Shown here piece after piece: positions 15,232-24,296 of a stretch of DNA of 29,738 nt (the first letter of the stretch is position 1; every line of letters begins with the position of its first letter). The translations under genes and the position numbers were made by a program. The stretch comes from a virus (Duplodnaviria > Caudoviricetes): positions 1 to 29,738 of the IMG/VR virus record IMGVR_UViG_3300009593_002049; one strand, written 5' to 3'. The notes under the pieces are model-generated. The model worked only from the letters and a program-made list of their open reading frames with translations. It had not been told where the DNA came from and did not search any database.

Positions 15232-15518
15232 TGTCTGAGGACATTAATGAGGATAATAACTTACGAATTGAAAACATTGAACACTTTGAGGTACAATGTG
15301 CTGACTGTGAAGAACACTTATATAATCTTGTAAAACTTAGAGATGGCGATAAGAGAGTCTTGCTAATAGTTAAATGTCCTTTTTGTGATGGTGAAAGCTG
15401 GACGCATGACATACATGGAGAATATTTGCAAGCTCCTCCAGAGGATTTAATTGTTGAAGAAGTTTGGCAAGAAGAAGAAACATTTTACATCTCCTTGAAA
15501 GGGGTTGATGATGACTGA
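15228..15518 (+). CDS. Acidic zinc-ribbon hypothetical protein
   Basis: CADC...CPFC; coupled to neighbours. Confidence 0.7.
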   Translation: MMSEDINEDNNLRIENIEHFEVQCADCEEHLYNLVKLRDGDKRVLLIVKCPFCDGESWTHDIHGEYLQAPPEDLIVEEVWQEEETFYISLKGVDDD

Positions 15519-15831
15519 AGACATTTCTGAATTCATAAAAGACAAAGATATTGAATACACTTTCTATGGCAAAGATGGAGAAGTTCTATCTGAAGAGGTG
15601 GCACACGCTTGTGCTTACATCTTGTCTGGGGAGGATTCTAAATTTTACTACGTCAAAGTTTATAGAAGTGAGTTGTTTGATCCTGAAGGCATTGATGCAA
15701 ACAAAATCAGTTCTGTTCACACCAAGTTTTCAAAAGTCGGCAAAGACATCTTTGACTTCTATTTGAATTACTTGACGAATAAAGAAAGAAATCAATTTAC
15801 TTGGGCCAAAAGAGGAATGATTAATGTCTAA
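15505..15831 (+). CDS. Hypothetical protein (start 15505-15511)
   Basis: 108-aa ORF overlapping both neighbours. Confidence 0.7.
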   Translation: MMMTEDISEFIKDKDIEYTFYGKDGEVLSEEVAHACAYILSGEDSKFYYVKVYRSELFDPEGIDANKISSVHTKFSKVGKDIFDFYLNYLTNKERNQFTWAKRGMINV

Positions 15832-16129
15832 GAAAACTGGAAAACTAAACAAGGTGGAAAAGTTCTACATAGAGAATAACTCTGACAAAGAAGTTTCTCA
15901 AATTGCAAAAGATTTAAATAGATCTGAAGCTTCTGTTAAGAAACATATGAAAACTTCGCCCAAACCAGAACATACATCTGAAGCTAAGTCTGGTGATGCA
16001 TCTAGTCTTATGGGTCATAATGATCGTGGTTCTACAGTTATGACACCCGCTGCTTCTGAGTTATCTGATGAAACCAGAGGCAAGAGGCTTTCTAACGGAA
16101 ATCACGCTGCAATTCATAAAATCAAATAA
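15824..16129 (+). CDS. Hypothetical protein with N-terminal HTH
   Basis: SD AGAGGA; EVSQIAKDLNRSEASVKKHM resembles a helix-turn-helix. Confidence 0.65.
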   Translation: MSKKTGKLNKVEKFYIENNSDKEVSQIAKDLNRSEASVKKHMKTSPKPEHTSEAKSGDASSLMGHNDRGSTVMTPAASELSDETRGKRLSNGNHAAIHKIK

Positions 16130-16605
16130 TGCAACTGACAAAAGAATTTGACGATTACATAGTTGGCTATGCAGACAAAAATCCGATTTGGATAGTAACC
16201 TTATCTAATGGTGAAACTGTCTACCAAGACGACGATAGACCCAACGTTGAGCCTCCTAGCGCTTGGGTTAGACTTAAAAAATACTGCGAAGAAAATAATC
16301 TTCATATAACTAATTTGAAGATTAGGAATCGAACTCATATAGAAGAAGTAGGGCCGGATTACGATGGATACTTTTTCTGCAAAGGTGCTGGAGCTTTGAT
16401 GTTCAGCGACTATGTTGTTCATACATACAGTATTGGTGTATTAAAGGGTGAGACTTTGAAAGTCCAAACTTGGAGACTTCCTGAGCTTATTCCTGAAAGA
16501 TTTGAGGAGAGAGATCCTTATCAATCTCCTGATTGTTTGATAGCTAAAAAAGGAATTTTGAATGAACAAAAATTACAAACACAAAACGACAGGGCAGGAA
16601 TGTAA
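16129..16605 (+). CDS. Hypothetical protein
   Basis: 158-aa ORF, TAATG coupling. Confidence 0.72.
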   Translation: MQLTKEFDDYIVGYADKNPIWIVTLSNGETVYQDDDRPNVEPPSAWVRLKKYCEENNLHITNLKIRNRTHIEEVGPDYDGYFFCKGAGALMFSDYVVHTYSIGVLKGETLKVQTWRLPELIPERFEERDPYQSPDCLIAKKGILNEQKLQTQNDRAGM

Positions 16606-16987
16606 CGCTGCCCAATACATTGCTGAAATGGTTTGCCTCAGAGAGGCAGAGAAGCAAAGGGTTGGTAGGCCAGCCTATGCGCTGTGGAATACTGAGACAT
16701 GGCAAAAGAAATTCAAAAGCCAAGTAACAAAGGCTTATAGTCTACTCAAAGAATATAGCGAAAAAGCTATTATCAATGCCTTGAACTCTTATAAAGGCAA
16801 AAACATATATTCTCTTCGTGTCAGGTTTCTTGAACCGATAATTAAAATTGAACAAAGAAAGCTTGATGAAATAAACAGTAGAGAAATAAAAGAAGTAGAA
16901 TACAAAGACAACACTTTAGAAAAACCAAGACAACCCTTCGGAAAGAAGGGCAAGTTGTCTAGATTTAAGGATTTAGAAAATGAGTGA
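16562..16987 (+). CDS. Hypothetical basic protein
   Basis: 141-aa ORF, SD AAGGA, overlaps the recA start. Confidence 0.72.
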   Translation: MNKNYKHKTTGQECNAAQYIAEMVCLREAEKQRVGRPAYALWNTETWQKKFKSQVTKAYSLLKEYSEKAIINALNSYKGKNIYSLRVRFLEPIIKIEQRKLDEINSREIKEVEYKDNTLEKPRQPFGKKGKLSRFKDLENE

Positions 16988-18047
16988 TGCAGCATTAAAG
17001 ACTATCACCAAAAAGTATGGAAACATACTTGTGAACGGAGCTGACGTTTTTGAAGAGTTACAACACATGCAGGTCATTCCTGTCAGTCCATCATTAGACT
17101 ACGCTCTTGGTGGAGGCTTCAGAGAAGGGACTTGGATTCAAATGATTGGAGATCCAAAGTCTGGCAAAACAACAACTGCTTTGCAGTTTGCTGCGGCCTG
17201 TCAAAAGAAAGAATACGGCGAAAGACCTATCTTCTATGTAAATGTAGAAGGAAGACTTAGCACCAAAAATTTTGAAGGTGTTCATGGTCTAGAAGCTAGT
17301 AAGATCACTGTTGTGCAGTCTGAGGGAGAGACTCTTAGTGCAGAAAAATATTTAGGCGCTGTAGAAAAAATAGTGAAGTCTCATCCTAATTGCGTAGTGA
17401 TAATTGATTCAATATCTAGCTTTATAGCACAGAAGGATTTAGATGAGGAAGTAAGGGGTGACTATAGACCCGGAGTTCCAAAGATACTATCCAACTTCTG
17501 TAAGAAAATGAGTAGTGTAGTCCCCAAGCAAAAAGCTATCATTATTATGATTACTCACTTCATTGCTAATACTGGTGGTATGGGCAAAAAGAAAGTAGCT
17601 GATGGTGGAGTAAAAGTTAGGTATCAAGCAGATACTATTTTGGAGATCGCTTGGATTCAAGCTTGGAAAGACAAGACTGATGGTCGTCAGGTTGGACAGG
17701 CTTTACACTGGAAAGTAGTAACCTCTGCTCTTGGAGGTTTTGTTGGAGCCGAAGCTATTGGATGGCTTCGTTATGGAATGGGTATTGATTACAAACAAGA
17801 GCTATTCGACCAAGCTAATGACTTTGACTTAATATCAGCAGCAGGAGCGTGGTACACATGTGACTTCTTAGTTGATAATCCTAAGCTAATTAAGAAACTT
17901 TTAGAAGCTGAAGGAATTGACAAGGAAGACGAAGAGAAAATCACGAAGCTGGTTAAGTTTCAGGGTCAACAAAAGCTCAGAGATTTTCTTGATCAGAATG
18001 ATCTTTGGTCAGCTTTGCAAGATTCATTAAAGGAAATGCTGTTTTGA
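16980..18047 (+). CDS. recA: RecA/UvsX-like recombinase
   Basis: SPSLDYALGGG, Walker A GDPKSGKTT, catalytic Glu NVEG, Walker B IIDS, GGxxVRY, AGAWY, KFQG. Confidence 0.9.
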   Translation: MSDAALKTITKKYGNILVNGADVFEELQHMQVIPVSPSLDYALGGGFREGTWIQMIGDPKSGKTTTALQFAAACQKKEYGERPIFYVNVEGRLSTKNFEGVHGLEASKITVVQSEGETLSAEKYLGAVEKIVKSHPNCVVIIDSISSFIAQKDLDEEVRGDYRPGVPKILSNFCKKMSSVVPKQKAIIIMITHFIANTGGMGKKKVADGGVKVRYQADTILEIAWIQAWKDKTDGRQVGQALHWKVVTSALGGFVGAEAIGWLRYGMGIDYKQELFDQANDFDLISAAGAWYTCDFLVDNPKLIKKLLEAEGIDKEDEEKITKLVKFQGQQKLRDFLDQNDLWSALQDSLKEMLF

Positions 18048-18466
18048 AAGCCATAGGTTTCGATGGCCGTGAAAGAAATTGGAACCTGTCAAAATGCGTA
18101 GTTTTAGGGGATCAGACGAGACCCAGAAGTAAATTGCATATTTTAGCAAGAAAGTTACTCCGCGAACAGTTTCCCTATGATACAATTCTTGAGGAAGTGC
18201 CACTTGTTGGTTCTCATAAGCCCTCAAGAAAATCTACGCTTTATGTTGACTTCTTCATTCCGTCTCATTCGTTGGCGGTGGAAGTTCATGGGCGACAACA
18301 TTTTGAGTTTGTTGCTCATTTTCATGGAGACCACAAAGGTTTCAGGAAATCAAAAGCTAGGGATAGAGACAAATCTAACTGGCTTTTGAACAACGATATC
18401 GAACTTATTGTTTTAAGTTATTCAGGAACTGAAGATGAATGGCGACAATCCATTATCAATAGATAG
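18044..18466 (+). CDS. DUF559/Vsr-like PD-(D/E)XK endonuclease
   Basis: LYVDFFIPSHSLAVEVHGRQH and RDRDK motifs; likely TTG start overlapping the recA stop (TTGA). Confidence 0.75.
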   Translation: MKAIGFDGRERNWNLSKCVVLGDQTRPRSKLHILARKLLREQFPYDTILEEVPLVGSHKPSRKSTLYVDFFIPSHSLAVEVHGRQHFEFVAHFHGDHKGFRKSKARDRDKSNWLLNNDIELIVLSYSGTEDEWRQSIINR

Positions 18467-18914
18467 ACTAGAAGAGTTTGTAGGTAGGTTAGACGCATAC
18501 ATGTCCGATGTTGTCTACGTAGAACCAAACCCTGAAGTAGAAAGAATACTATCATTAACAGGCTTTGAGCTTAAATCACTTACCTCAGAGGAATGTTGCG
18601 AGAAGGCATACGCCATATACAACTACTGTAATTTTCTACAAAAGAAACATAACAAGGAAGTTGCTAAAGCTAAATGGTGCGAAGAATTTATAAACTACGC
18701 AGTTTCAAAAGTTTCAAATCAGTTTGATAAATACACCAAATGGGAAGTCAAGGTTAATTCTGTAATAAGGGAAGACGACTTTGTACAAAAGGTTTGGCGT
18801 GTAAAAAGAGTGGTTGATGGCAACGTAGCCTCATCACTAGATATTATAAGAGACATTAGAAAGCAAGCAGACACACTGCTTGAACTAAGCAGAAGAAAGT
18901 ACAGTAGGGGATAA
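18435..18914 (+). CDS. Helical hypothetical protein, possibly UvsY-like recombination mediator
   Basis: All-alpha/coiled-coil character, size and position after recA; function is inference only. Confidence 0.45.
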   Translation: MNGDNPLSIDRLEEFVGRLDAYMSDVVYVEPNPEVERILSLTGFELKSLTSEECCEKAYAIYNYCNFLQKKHNKEVAKAKWCEEFINYAVSKVSNQFDKYTKWEVKVNSVIREDDFVQKVWRVKRVVDGNVASSLDIIRDIRKQADTLLELSRRKYSRG

Positions 18915-18915
18915 C

Positions 18916-19368
18916 ATGTCACCACTAGAACTAATAAAAAACGGAATACTAGATAATGATTTTGAAAAAATTATTCAAGGGTATGCTCTTCTCACGGGAG
19001 AAGAAGTCAGACCAGAAGAAGCAACCAGAGCAACAGAAGCAACAAGCTCAAACACAGACGACCCCGACAAAGTGTCAGAACAGGTGTCGGTGCGGTCGGA
19101 GATAGAAGACTTTACAATGAAACGTGATAGTCTTCCCTCTGGTCAACATGGAAGAAAAGAATCAATACAAGTTGGAGAAAATCAATTTGTAGATGACAGA
19201 ACAGAGGCTGTAGGAGAAGAGTTTGATACACCTGACGTTAGTCTCACTCCTCGCAGACCTCCTGTCAAAATGATAGAAGTAATTTGCAACGCATGTGGAA
19301 GAAAGGAGGAAATAAATCCAGCGTATAAAACAGGTAGTTATCATCGTTGTAGTAGATGTGTAGGTTAA
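18916..19368 (+). CDS. Hypothetical protein with C-terminal zinc finger
   Basis: CNAC...CSRC at the C-terminus; disordered acidic middle; directly upstream of dnaB. Confidence 0.7.
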   Translation: MSPLELIKNGILDNDFEKIIQGYALLTGEEVRPEEATRATEATSSNTDDPDKVSEQVSVRSEIEDFTMKRDSLPSGQHGRKESIQVGENQFVDDRTEAVGEEFDTPDVSLTPRRPPVKMIEVICNACGRKEEINPAYKTGSYHRCSRCVG

Positions 19369-19383
19369 TGGAAAGGAAAACTT

Positions 19384-20871
19384 ATGTCCGAATTAAACAA
19401 CAAAGCAGCAGAAAAAGCAGTACTAGCAGGATTAATACAACACGGTAAAGATTCTTTTGTAGATATTGATGGAGCAATAACCGAAGAGTCTTTCACTTTA
19501 GAAGAAAATCAAATTGTATGGAGTTGTCTGAAAAAACTATTTGAAGACTCTGACACAGTAGACTTGCCCACTCTTTATGCGGCAGCAAAGAAAATAGATC
19601 TAGATTCTGTGTTTATGAAAAGAGTCCCCAAAGACTACTATAAAAAACTCTCAGCAATAAACATTGAGAAAGCTAATGTAAAACATCAGGCAGCTATTCT
19701 TGTAAAGTTTGAAATAGCGCGAGAAGTAGACAAGACAGCGTCTCAAATCAAAGTAAACATTAAAGGCATTACTGGTGATGAGAGTATAAGTGAGATCATT
19801 AGTATAGGAGAAACTCCTTTTTTTGAGTTTAGTTCTAGACTTGAAGGCAGAGTTGACAATGAGCCAGAAGATATTGGCGAAAACATTGATGAATACATTC
19901 AGTCATTAATAGACAACCCACAAGAAATGATGGGTATCAGTACTGGTTTTTCTAGGTTCGATAAGTCTATTGGCGGTGGTCTTAGAAGAGGCAATGTAGA
20001 TCTCATAGCTGCTAGAGCAAAGGCTGGTAAAAGTTTATTTGCTGATAGTGTAGCTTTACACGTAGCTGGTACTCTTGGTATACCAGTTCTGATGTTGGAT
20101 ACTGAAATGTCTAGGGAAGATCATATCCATCGCTTACTGGCAAGTATGACTGACATTCCTATAAATGATATTTCTACAGGACAGTTCGGTAAGTCTAGCG
20201 GCTTGCAAGAACGTGTCAAACAAGGTGTAGAGAAACTAAAAGAAATTCCTTACAAGTATGTGACTATTGCAGGAACTAGTTTTGATGAAACATTGTCTAT
20301 AATGAGACGATGGGTTAAGAAAGAAGTTGGTTATGATGAAAATGGAGTTAGTAATCCATGTTTAATTGTTTATGACTACTTGAAATTGACCAGTTCTTCG
20401 CAAATGAATGACATGAAAGAGTTTCAAGCTTTGGGGTATCAAATGCAACAGCTTGTAAACTTCACAATAAAAGAGAAGGTTCCTTGTTTATCTTTTGTTC
20501 AACTAAACAGAGATGGGATTACTAGGGAATCCGAAGATGTCATTAGTGGATCAGATAGGCTATCATGGTTCTGTAGTAGCCTCACAATCTTCAAGAAAAA
20601 GTCTGAGGAAGAAATTGCTGAAGACGGTGGTGAAAGTGGAAATCGAAAATTAGTCCCTTTGATTGCTAGACATGGTGGTGGACTTTCTGACGACTTTGAT
20701 TATATTAACATGCACCTCAATGGTGACTTTGGAAGAATTGACGAAGGCTTTACCAAGTCAGAATACCTACTTGCAAACAAAAAAGAAAAAGAAGGTTTTG
20801 ATAACGAACTTGACGACAAACAAGAAGAGTTCAAAATTGAAGAAGATAATGACCCTCAAAAACCATTTTAA
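19384..20871 (+). CDS. dnaB: Replicative DNA helicase (DnaB, SF4)
   Basis: AEKAVLAGL N-domain; GISTGFSRFD; Walker A ARAKAGKS; LDTEM; VYDYL; QLNR; ARHG. Confidence 0.95.
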   Translation: MSELNNKAAEKAVLAGLIQHGKDSFVDIDGAITEESFTLEENQIVWSCLKKLFEDSDTVDLPTLYAAAKKIDLDSVFMKRVPKDYYKKLSAINIEKANVKHQAAILVKFEIAREVDKTASQIKVNIKGITGDESISEIISIGETPFFEFSSRLEGRVDNEPEDIGENIDEYIQSLIDNPQEMMGISTGFSRFDKSIGGGLRRGNVDLIAARAKAGKSLFADSVALHVAGTLGIPVLMLDTEMSREDHIHRLLASMTDIPINDISTGQFGKSSGLQERVKQGVEKLKEIPYKYVTIAGTSFDETLSIMRRWVKKEVGYDENGVSNPCLIVYDYLKLTSSSQMNDMKEFQALGYQMQQLVNFTIKEKVPCLSFVQLNRDGITRESEDVISGSDRLSWFCSSLTIFKKKSEEEIAEDGGESGNRKLVPLIARHGGGLSDDFDYINMHLNGDFGRIDEGFTKSEYLLANKKEKEGFDNELDDKQEEFKIEEDNDPQKPF

Positions 20872-20872
20872 G

Positions 20873-21991
20873 ATGAAGTTTTCTTTATCCAAGAACAAAC
20901 AAGAAAGATCAAAGCAGCTCAAGGTATATGATGATTTGATAATAAACAACATCTATCAAATCCTTGAACACTTTGGTACTTCTATGGAAGTTGGTCTTGG
21001 TTCATGCCCTTGTCCAATACATAGAGGTAAGAATCCTCTAGGGTTCTCAATTAACTTAGAGCCTGATCATCCATACTATGGAAGATGGAAATGTTGGTCT
21101 GAGAGTTATGGAGAAACTTGCATGACAGAGTTTATCAATACTCCTATCGGTCTTGTTAGAGCGTTACTTACAAGAGACGCTAGAGAATCTGGAGAGATTG
21201 ATCAAGATTCCATTGTGAAGTTTTATGATGTAATTAAATTCTGCACAAGTTTTTTTGGAGTTGATGGAAACAGCGTTCTTGAAGAAGCTAAAAATGTAAC
21301 CTTTCAAGAAGGTCCTTCTACTTTAGAATTTGGATTAAGTAAAAGGCAAGAAGCTAAAACCAAAAATAAAAACAATACTAGAGACAAGGTTAGGTCTAGA
21401 CTGCATATGCCTTCTAACTACTATCTAAGGCGAGGTTTTAGTAAAGAGGTATTGGACGAGTTTGATGTAGGTGTTTGTTTGGATGCTGGAAAACCAATGA
21501 ATAATAGAGTCGTTGTTCCTGTATATGATGAAGATTGTGAAGTTTTTGTTGGCTGTGTTGGCAGGTCAATGATAGAGACTAATAACATGAAGTGGAAAAA
21601 CAGTAAAGGTTTTTCAAAAAGCATATGGCTCTATGCTTTAAACAAATCTAAAGGCTTTATAAAGTCATGCGGTACTGCTATATTGGTTGAGGGACAAGGC
21701 GACGTTTGGAGACTCTGGGAGTCTGGTATAAAGAACGTGGTCGGAATGTTTGGAGCCAGTTTATCTGACGTACAAACCCACCTACTAAAAGAGATGAATA
21801 TTTCAAACTTGGTTGTTTTGACTGACAGCGATGGTGCTGGACAAAATGCCAAAGAAAAGATTAGGAAAAAATGCAGTAACTTGTTTAATATTATAGATGT
21901 AGATATACCTGCTAACGATGTTGGCGAGATGTCTATTGAAGAAATAAACGAGCATCTGAAACCACAACTTAAAGGCTATACAAATGACTAA
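20873..21991 (+). CDS. dnaG: DnaG-type DNA primase (Zn-binding domain plus TOPRIM)
   Basis: CPCPIH...WKCW Zn-binding region; YYLRRG; RVVVPV; GRS; LVEGQGDV; TDSDGAG; NDVGE. Start placed at ATG 20873, just after the dnaB stop. Confidence 0.9.
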   Translation: MKFSLSKNKQERSKQLKVYDDLIINNIYQILEHFGTSMEVGLGSCPCPIHRGKNPLGFSINLEPDHPYYGRWKCWSESYGETCMTEFINTPIGLVRALLTRDARESGEIDQDSIVKFYDVIKFCTSFFGVDGNSVLEEAKNVTFQEGPSTLEFGLSKRQEAKTKNKNNTRDKVRSRLHMPSNYYLRRGFSKEVLDEFDVGVCLDAGKPMNNRVVVPVYDEDCEVFVGCVGRSMIETNNMKWKNSKGFSKSIWLYALNKSKGFIKSCGTAILVEGQGDVWRLWESGIKNVVGMFGASLSDVQTHLLKEMNISNLVVLTDSDGAGQNAKEKIRKKCSNLFNIIDVDIPANDVGEMSIEEINEHLKPQLKGYTND

Positions 21992-22742
21992 TATAATTGG
22001 ATTCTCTGGAGCTAAGCAAAGCGGAAAGAGTACCTGTGCAACTTTCTTACATGGGTATCAACTTAGATTCAATGATGTATTTGAAAAGTTTCTAATGGAC
22101 GAAAAAGGAAACTTGTTTGTAAATGCAACCGAAATTGACGAACAGGGCAAAGAAGTCGAAGGTCTCGGTATGTTAGATATAAATCGCCAAGATGAAGAGT
22201 TTCTTGAATATGCCTCTAGAAACATATGGCCTTTTGTTAGGTCTTTTAGTTTTGCAGACCCTTTGAAGTCAATCGCAATTCAACTGTTTGGACTAACAGA
22301 AGAACAATGCTATGGAACAGATGAAGATAAGAATACTCCTATTAATATAAAGTGGGAGAATATGCCAAACATAATAAACGCTAATGGTTTCATGACAGCA
22401 AGAGAATTTTTGCAATATTTTGGCACAGACGTTTGCAGAGGCATAAAGGCTGACATTTGGACTAGCGCTTGTATAAATAGAATCCTATCTAGCGGAACAG
22501 AGCTGGCGATTGTTCCTGATGTTAGGTTTCCAAACGAGGTAGAGTCTATTCAGAAAGCTGGTGGCAAAGTTATTAGACTTGATAGAAAGCCTCACGAAGA
22601 CGAACACGATAGCGAAACAGCCTTGGATGGATACGAAGGTTTTGATAATATCATTCATAACGCTGACATGAATATTGATCAAACCAACATGGCTCTCATG
22701 GAAGTAATGAAAGGATGGGGATGGCTGACAACAAAATCATAA
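21984..22742 (+). CDS. Deoxynucleoside monophosphate kinase (T4 gp1-like)
   Basis: IIGFSGAKQSGKST, SFADPLK, TAREFLQYFGTD, DVRFPNE, HDSE. Confidence 0.9.
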   Translation: MTNIIGFSGAKQSGKSTCATFLHGYQLRFNDVFEKFLMDEKGNLFVNATEIDEQGKEVEGLGMLDINRQDEEFLEYASRNIWPFVRSFSFADPLKSIAIQLFGLTEEQCYGTDEDKNTPINIKWENMPNIINANGFMTAREFLQYFGTDVCRGIKADIWTSACINRILSSGTELAIVPDVRFPNEVESIQKAGGKVIRLDRKPHEDEHDSETALDGYEGFDNIIHNADMNIDQTNMALMEVMKGWGWLTTKS

Positions 22743-23302
22743 GAATAGACTGGGATGATAGAATGGTGACTAATGCCCAGCATAAAGCTAAAAAACTGGG
22801 CAAGATAAGAAATTCCATTCTTAAAGGTGGAGGAAATGCTGCTGGTTATTTAGGTGAAGAGGCTGTAGCTTCTTTTATTGGAGCAGAAATAACTAGTTGC
22901 GATAAAGGCTCTGGTAAATATGATTTTGATATTACTACCAGAGATGGTCGTAGGATAGAGATCAAAACCAAGAGAAGAACAGTTTCATGTATTGATGACA
23001 ATGGAAATGATCGTGGCTTTTACGAAGTCTCGATAGCAAAGACCAGTGTCCATCAAAGACCTGAACTTTATATTTTTGTAAACATACACTTTAATGATTA
23101 TAAAAAAGGTCGTTACTATGGAATTAAAAACATAGAAATATTAGGACAAATGGAACCTGAAGATTATTTTGCCGAGGCTAGGTTTGTACCAAAAGGTGAG
23201 CATGATCCTTCAAATAATTTCGTAGCTCATGCAGACATGTACAATCTGCCCATATCAGAATTGGAACCCCTAGATGATAGTCTGTTACCACAGGAGCAGT
23301 AG
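22721..23302 (+). CDS. Restriction-endonuclease-like PD-(D/E)XK nuclease
   Basis: GYLGEEAV...YDFDI...IEIKTK (E...D...ExK); start at 22715 or 22721. Confidence 0.65.
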   Translation: MADNKIIRIDWDDRMVTNAQHKAKKLGKIRNSILKGGGNAAGYLGEEAVASFIGAEITSCDKGSGKYDFDITTRDGRRIEIKTKRRTVSCIDDNGNDRGFYEVSIAKTSVHQRPELYIFVNIHFNDYKKGRYYGIKNIEILGQMEPEDYFAEARFVPKGEHDPSNNFVAHADMYNLPISELEPLDDSLLPQEQ

Positions 23303-24296
23303 TCTTGGAACTTTGGAGTTTTGTCAGCAAAAATATTTTTTGCAATACAATCTCTCATTCAAAGACAAGACCAACAAAAAAGCCTTGATGGGTACTATTA
23401 CCCATAAGGTAATGCAAACTCTTGGAGACAAGAAGGTTGCAATGAACAAAGGTCTTGACATTGTAGAGGATGAAGAGACTGGCAGAAATTTAACGCTGGA
23501 TGAATGTGATAATTTAGAACTACTCAATGACATTGCATTTAATTATTATAGCAATGCCTTTCCAGAAGTGGACATCACAGAAAAAGACAAGAAGACTTGT
23601 TTGAAGTGGGCGGAAAAAGCAGTAGCTTATCAAGATGGAGCTTTAGACCCAAGAAACCAAGATGTGTTTGCTACTGAATTGTTTTTTGATATAGAAATTA
23701 AAAAACCTTGGGCTAAATACAAGTATGAATTTGAAGATCAAACAGTAGAAGGTTATTTATCAATCAAAGGTACTGTTGACCTGATTCTAAAACATGATGA
23801 GCAATACTATGAAATCTTAGATTACAAGACTGGTAAAAGAATCAACTGGGCGACAGGCGAAGAAAAAACTCACGAAAAGTTACAGAAGGATACTCAGCTT
23901 CTTCTTTACTATTACGCCCTAAAAAATATGTACCCAGAAAGAGAATTCTCAGTTAGTATTTATTATATTAACAGCGGTGGATTATTTTCGATGGTTTTTG
24001 ACGAGGATGATTATCAAAAAGCCGAAGATATATTGAGACACAAATTTGAACAAATAAGGGATATTCAGCAACCAAGACTTCTCTCAAATGAAAACGCTCA
24101 TTGGAAATGTCAAAAACTTTGCAAATTTAGCCAACCTTATAAGGAAGGCGCTGAAAAAAGTGTTTGCCAATATGTCCGTGATCAGATAAAACATAGGGGC
24201 ATAGTCAAGGTTGTTGAAAGTTTTGGAAAAATTGACAAAATCGCCACTTATGGAGATGGCGGTGGAAGATTGGCAGACGATAGCGATAAAAAATGA
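23274..24296 (+). CDS. Cas4/AddB/RecB-like PD-(D/E)XK exonuclease with probable Fe-S cluster
   Basis: SSSLGTLEFCQQKY, GTITH, KGTVDL, LDYKTG, QLLLYYYA; C-terminal CQKLC...C plus an N-terminal Cys. Confidence 0.85.
   Translation: MIVCYHRSSSLGTLEFCQQKYFLQYNLSFKDKTNKKALMGTITHKVMQTLGDKKVAMNKGLDIVEDEETGRNLTLDECDNLELLNDIAFNYYSNAFPEVDITEKDKKTCLKWAEKAVAYQDGALDPRNQDVFATELFFDIEIKKPWAKYKYEFEDQTVEGYLSIKGTVDLILKHDEQYYEILDYKTGKRINWATGEEKTHEKLQKDTQLLLYYYALKNMYPEREFSVSIYYINSGGLFSMVFDEDDYQKAEDILRHKFEQIRDIQQPRLLSNENAHWKCQKLCKFSQPYKEGAEKSVCQYVRDQIKHRGIVKVVESFGKIDKIATYGDGGGRLADDSDKK

Noticed and set aside
19010-19050. Short imperfect repeats (agaagcaac/agagcaac)
   Set aside because: Low-complexity coding for EEATRATEAT in a disordered linker, not a repeat array.
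20663-20872. 70-codon upstream extension of the primase frame, suggesting a DnaB-DnaG frameshift fusion
   Set aside because: It would need a +1 shift; the A-run near 20779-20790 is not in a canonical slippery phase; shifted frames of Glu/Asp-rich DNA are often stop-free; an ATG sits right after the dnaB stop.
23274-24296. CRISPR-Cas locus implied by the Cas4-like gene
   Set aside because: No repeat-spacer array or other cas genes seen in the window.
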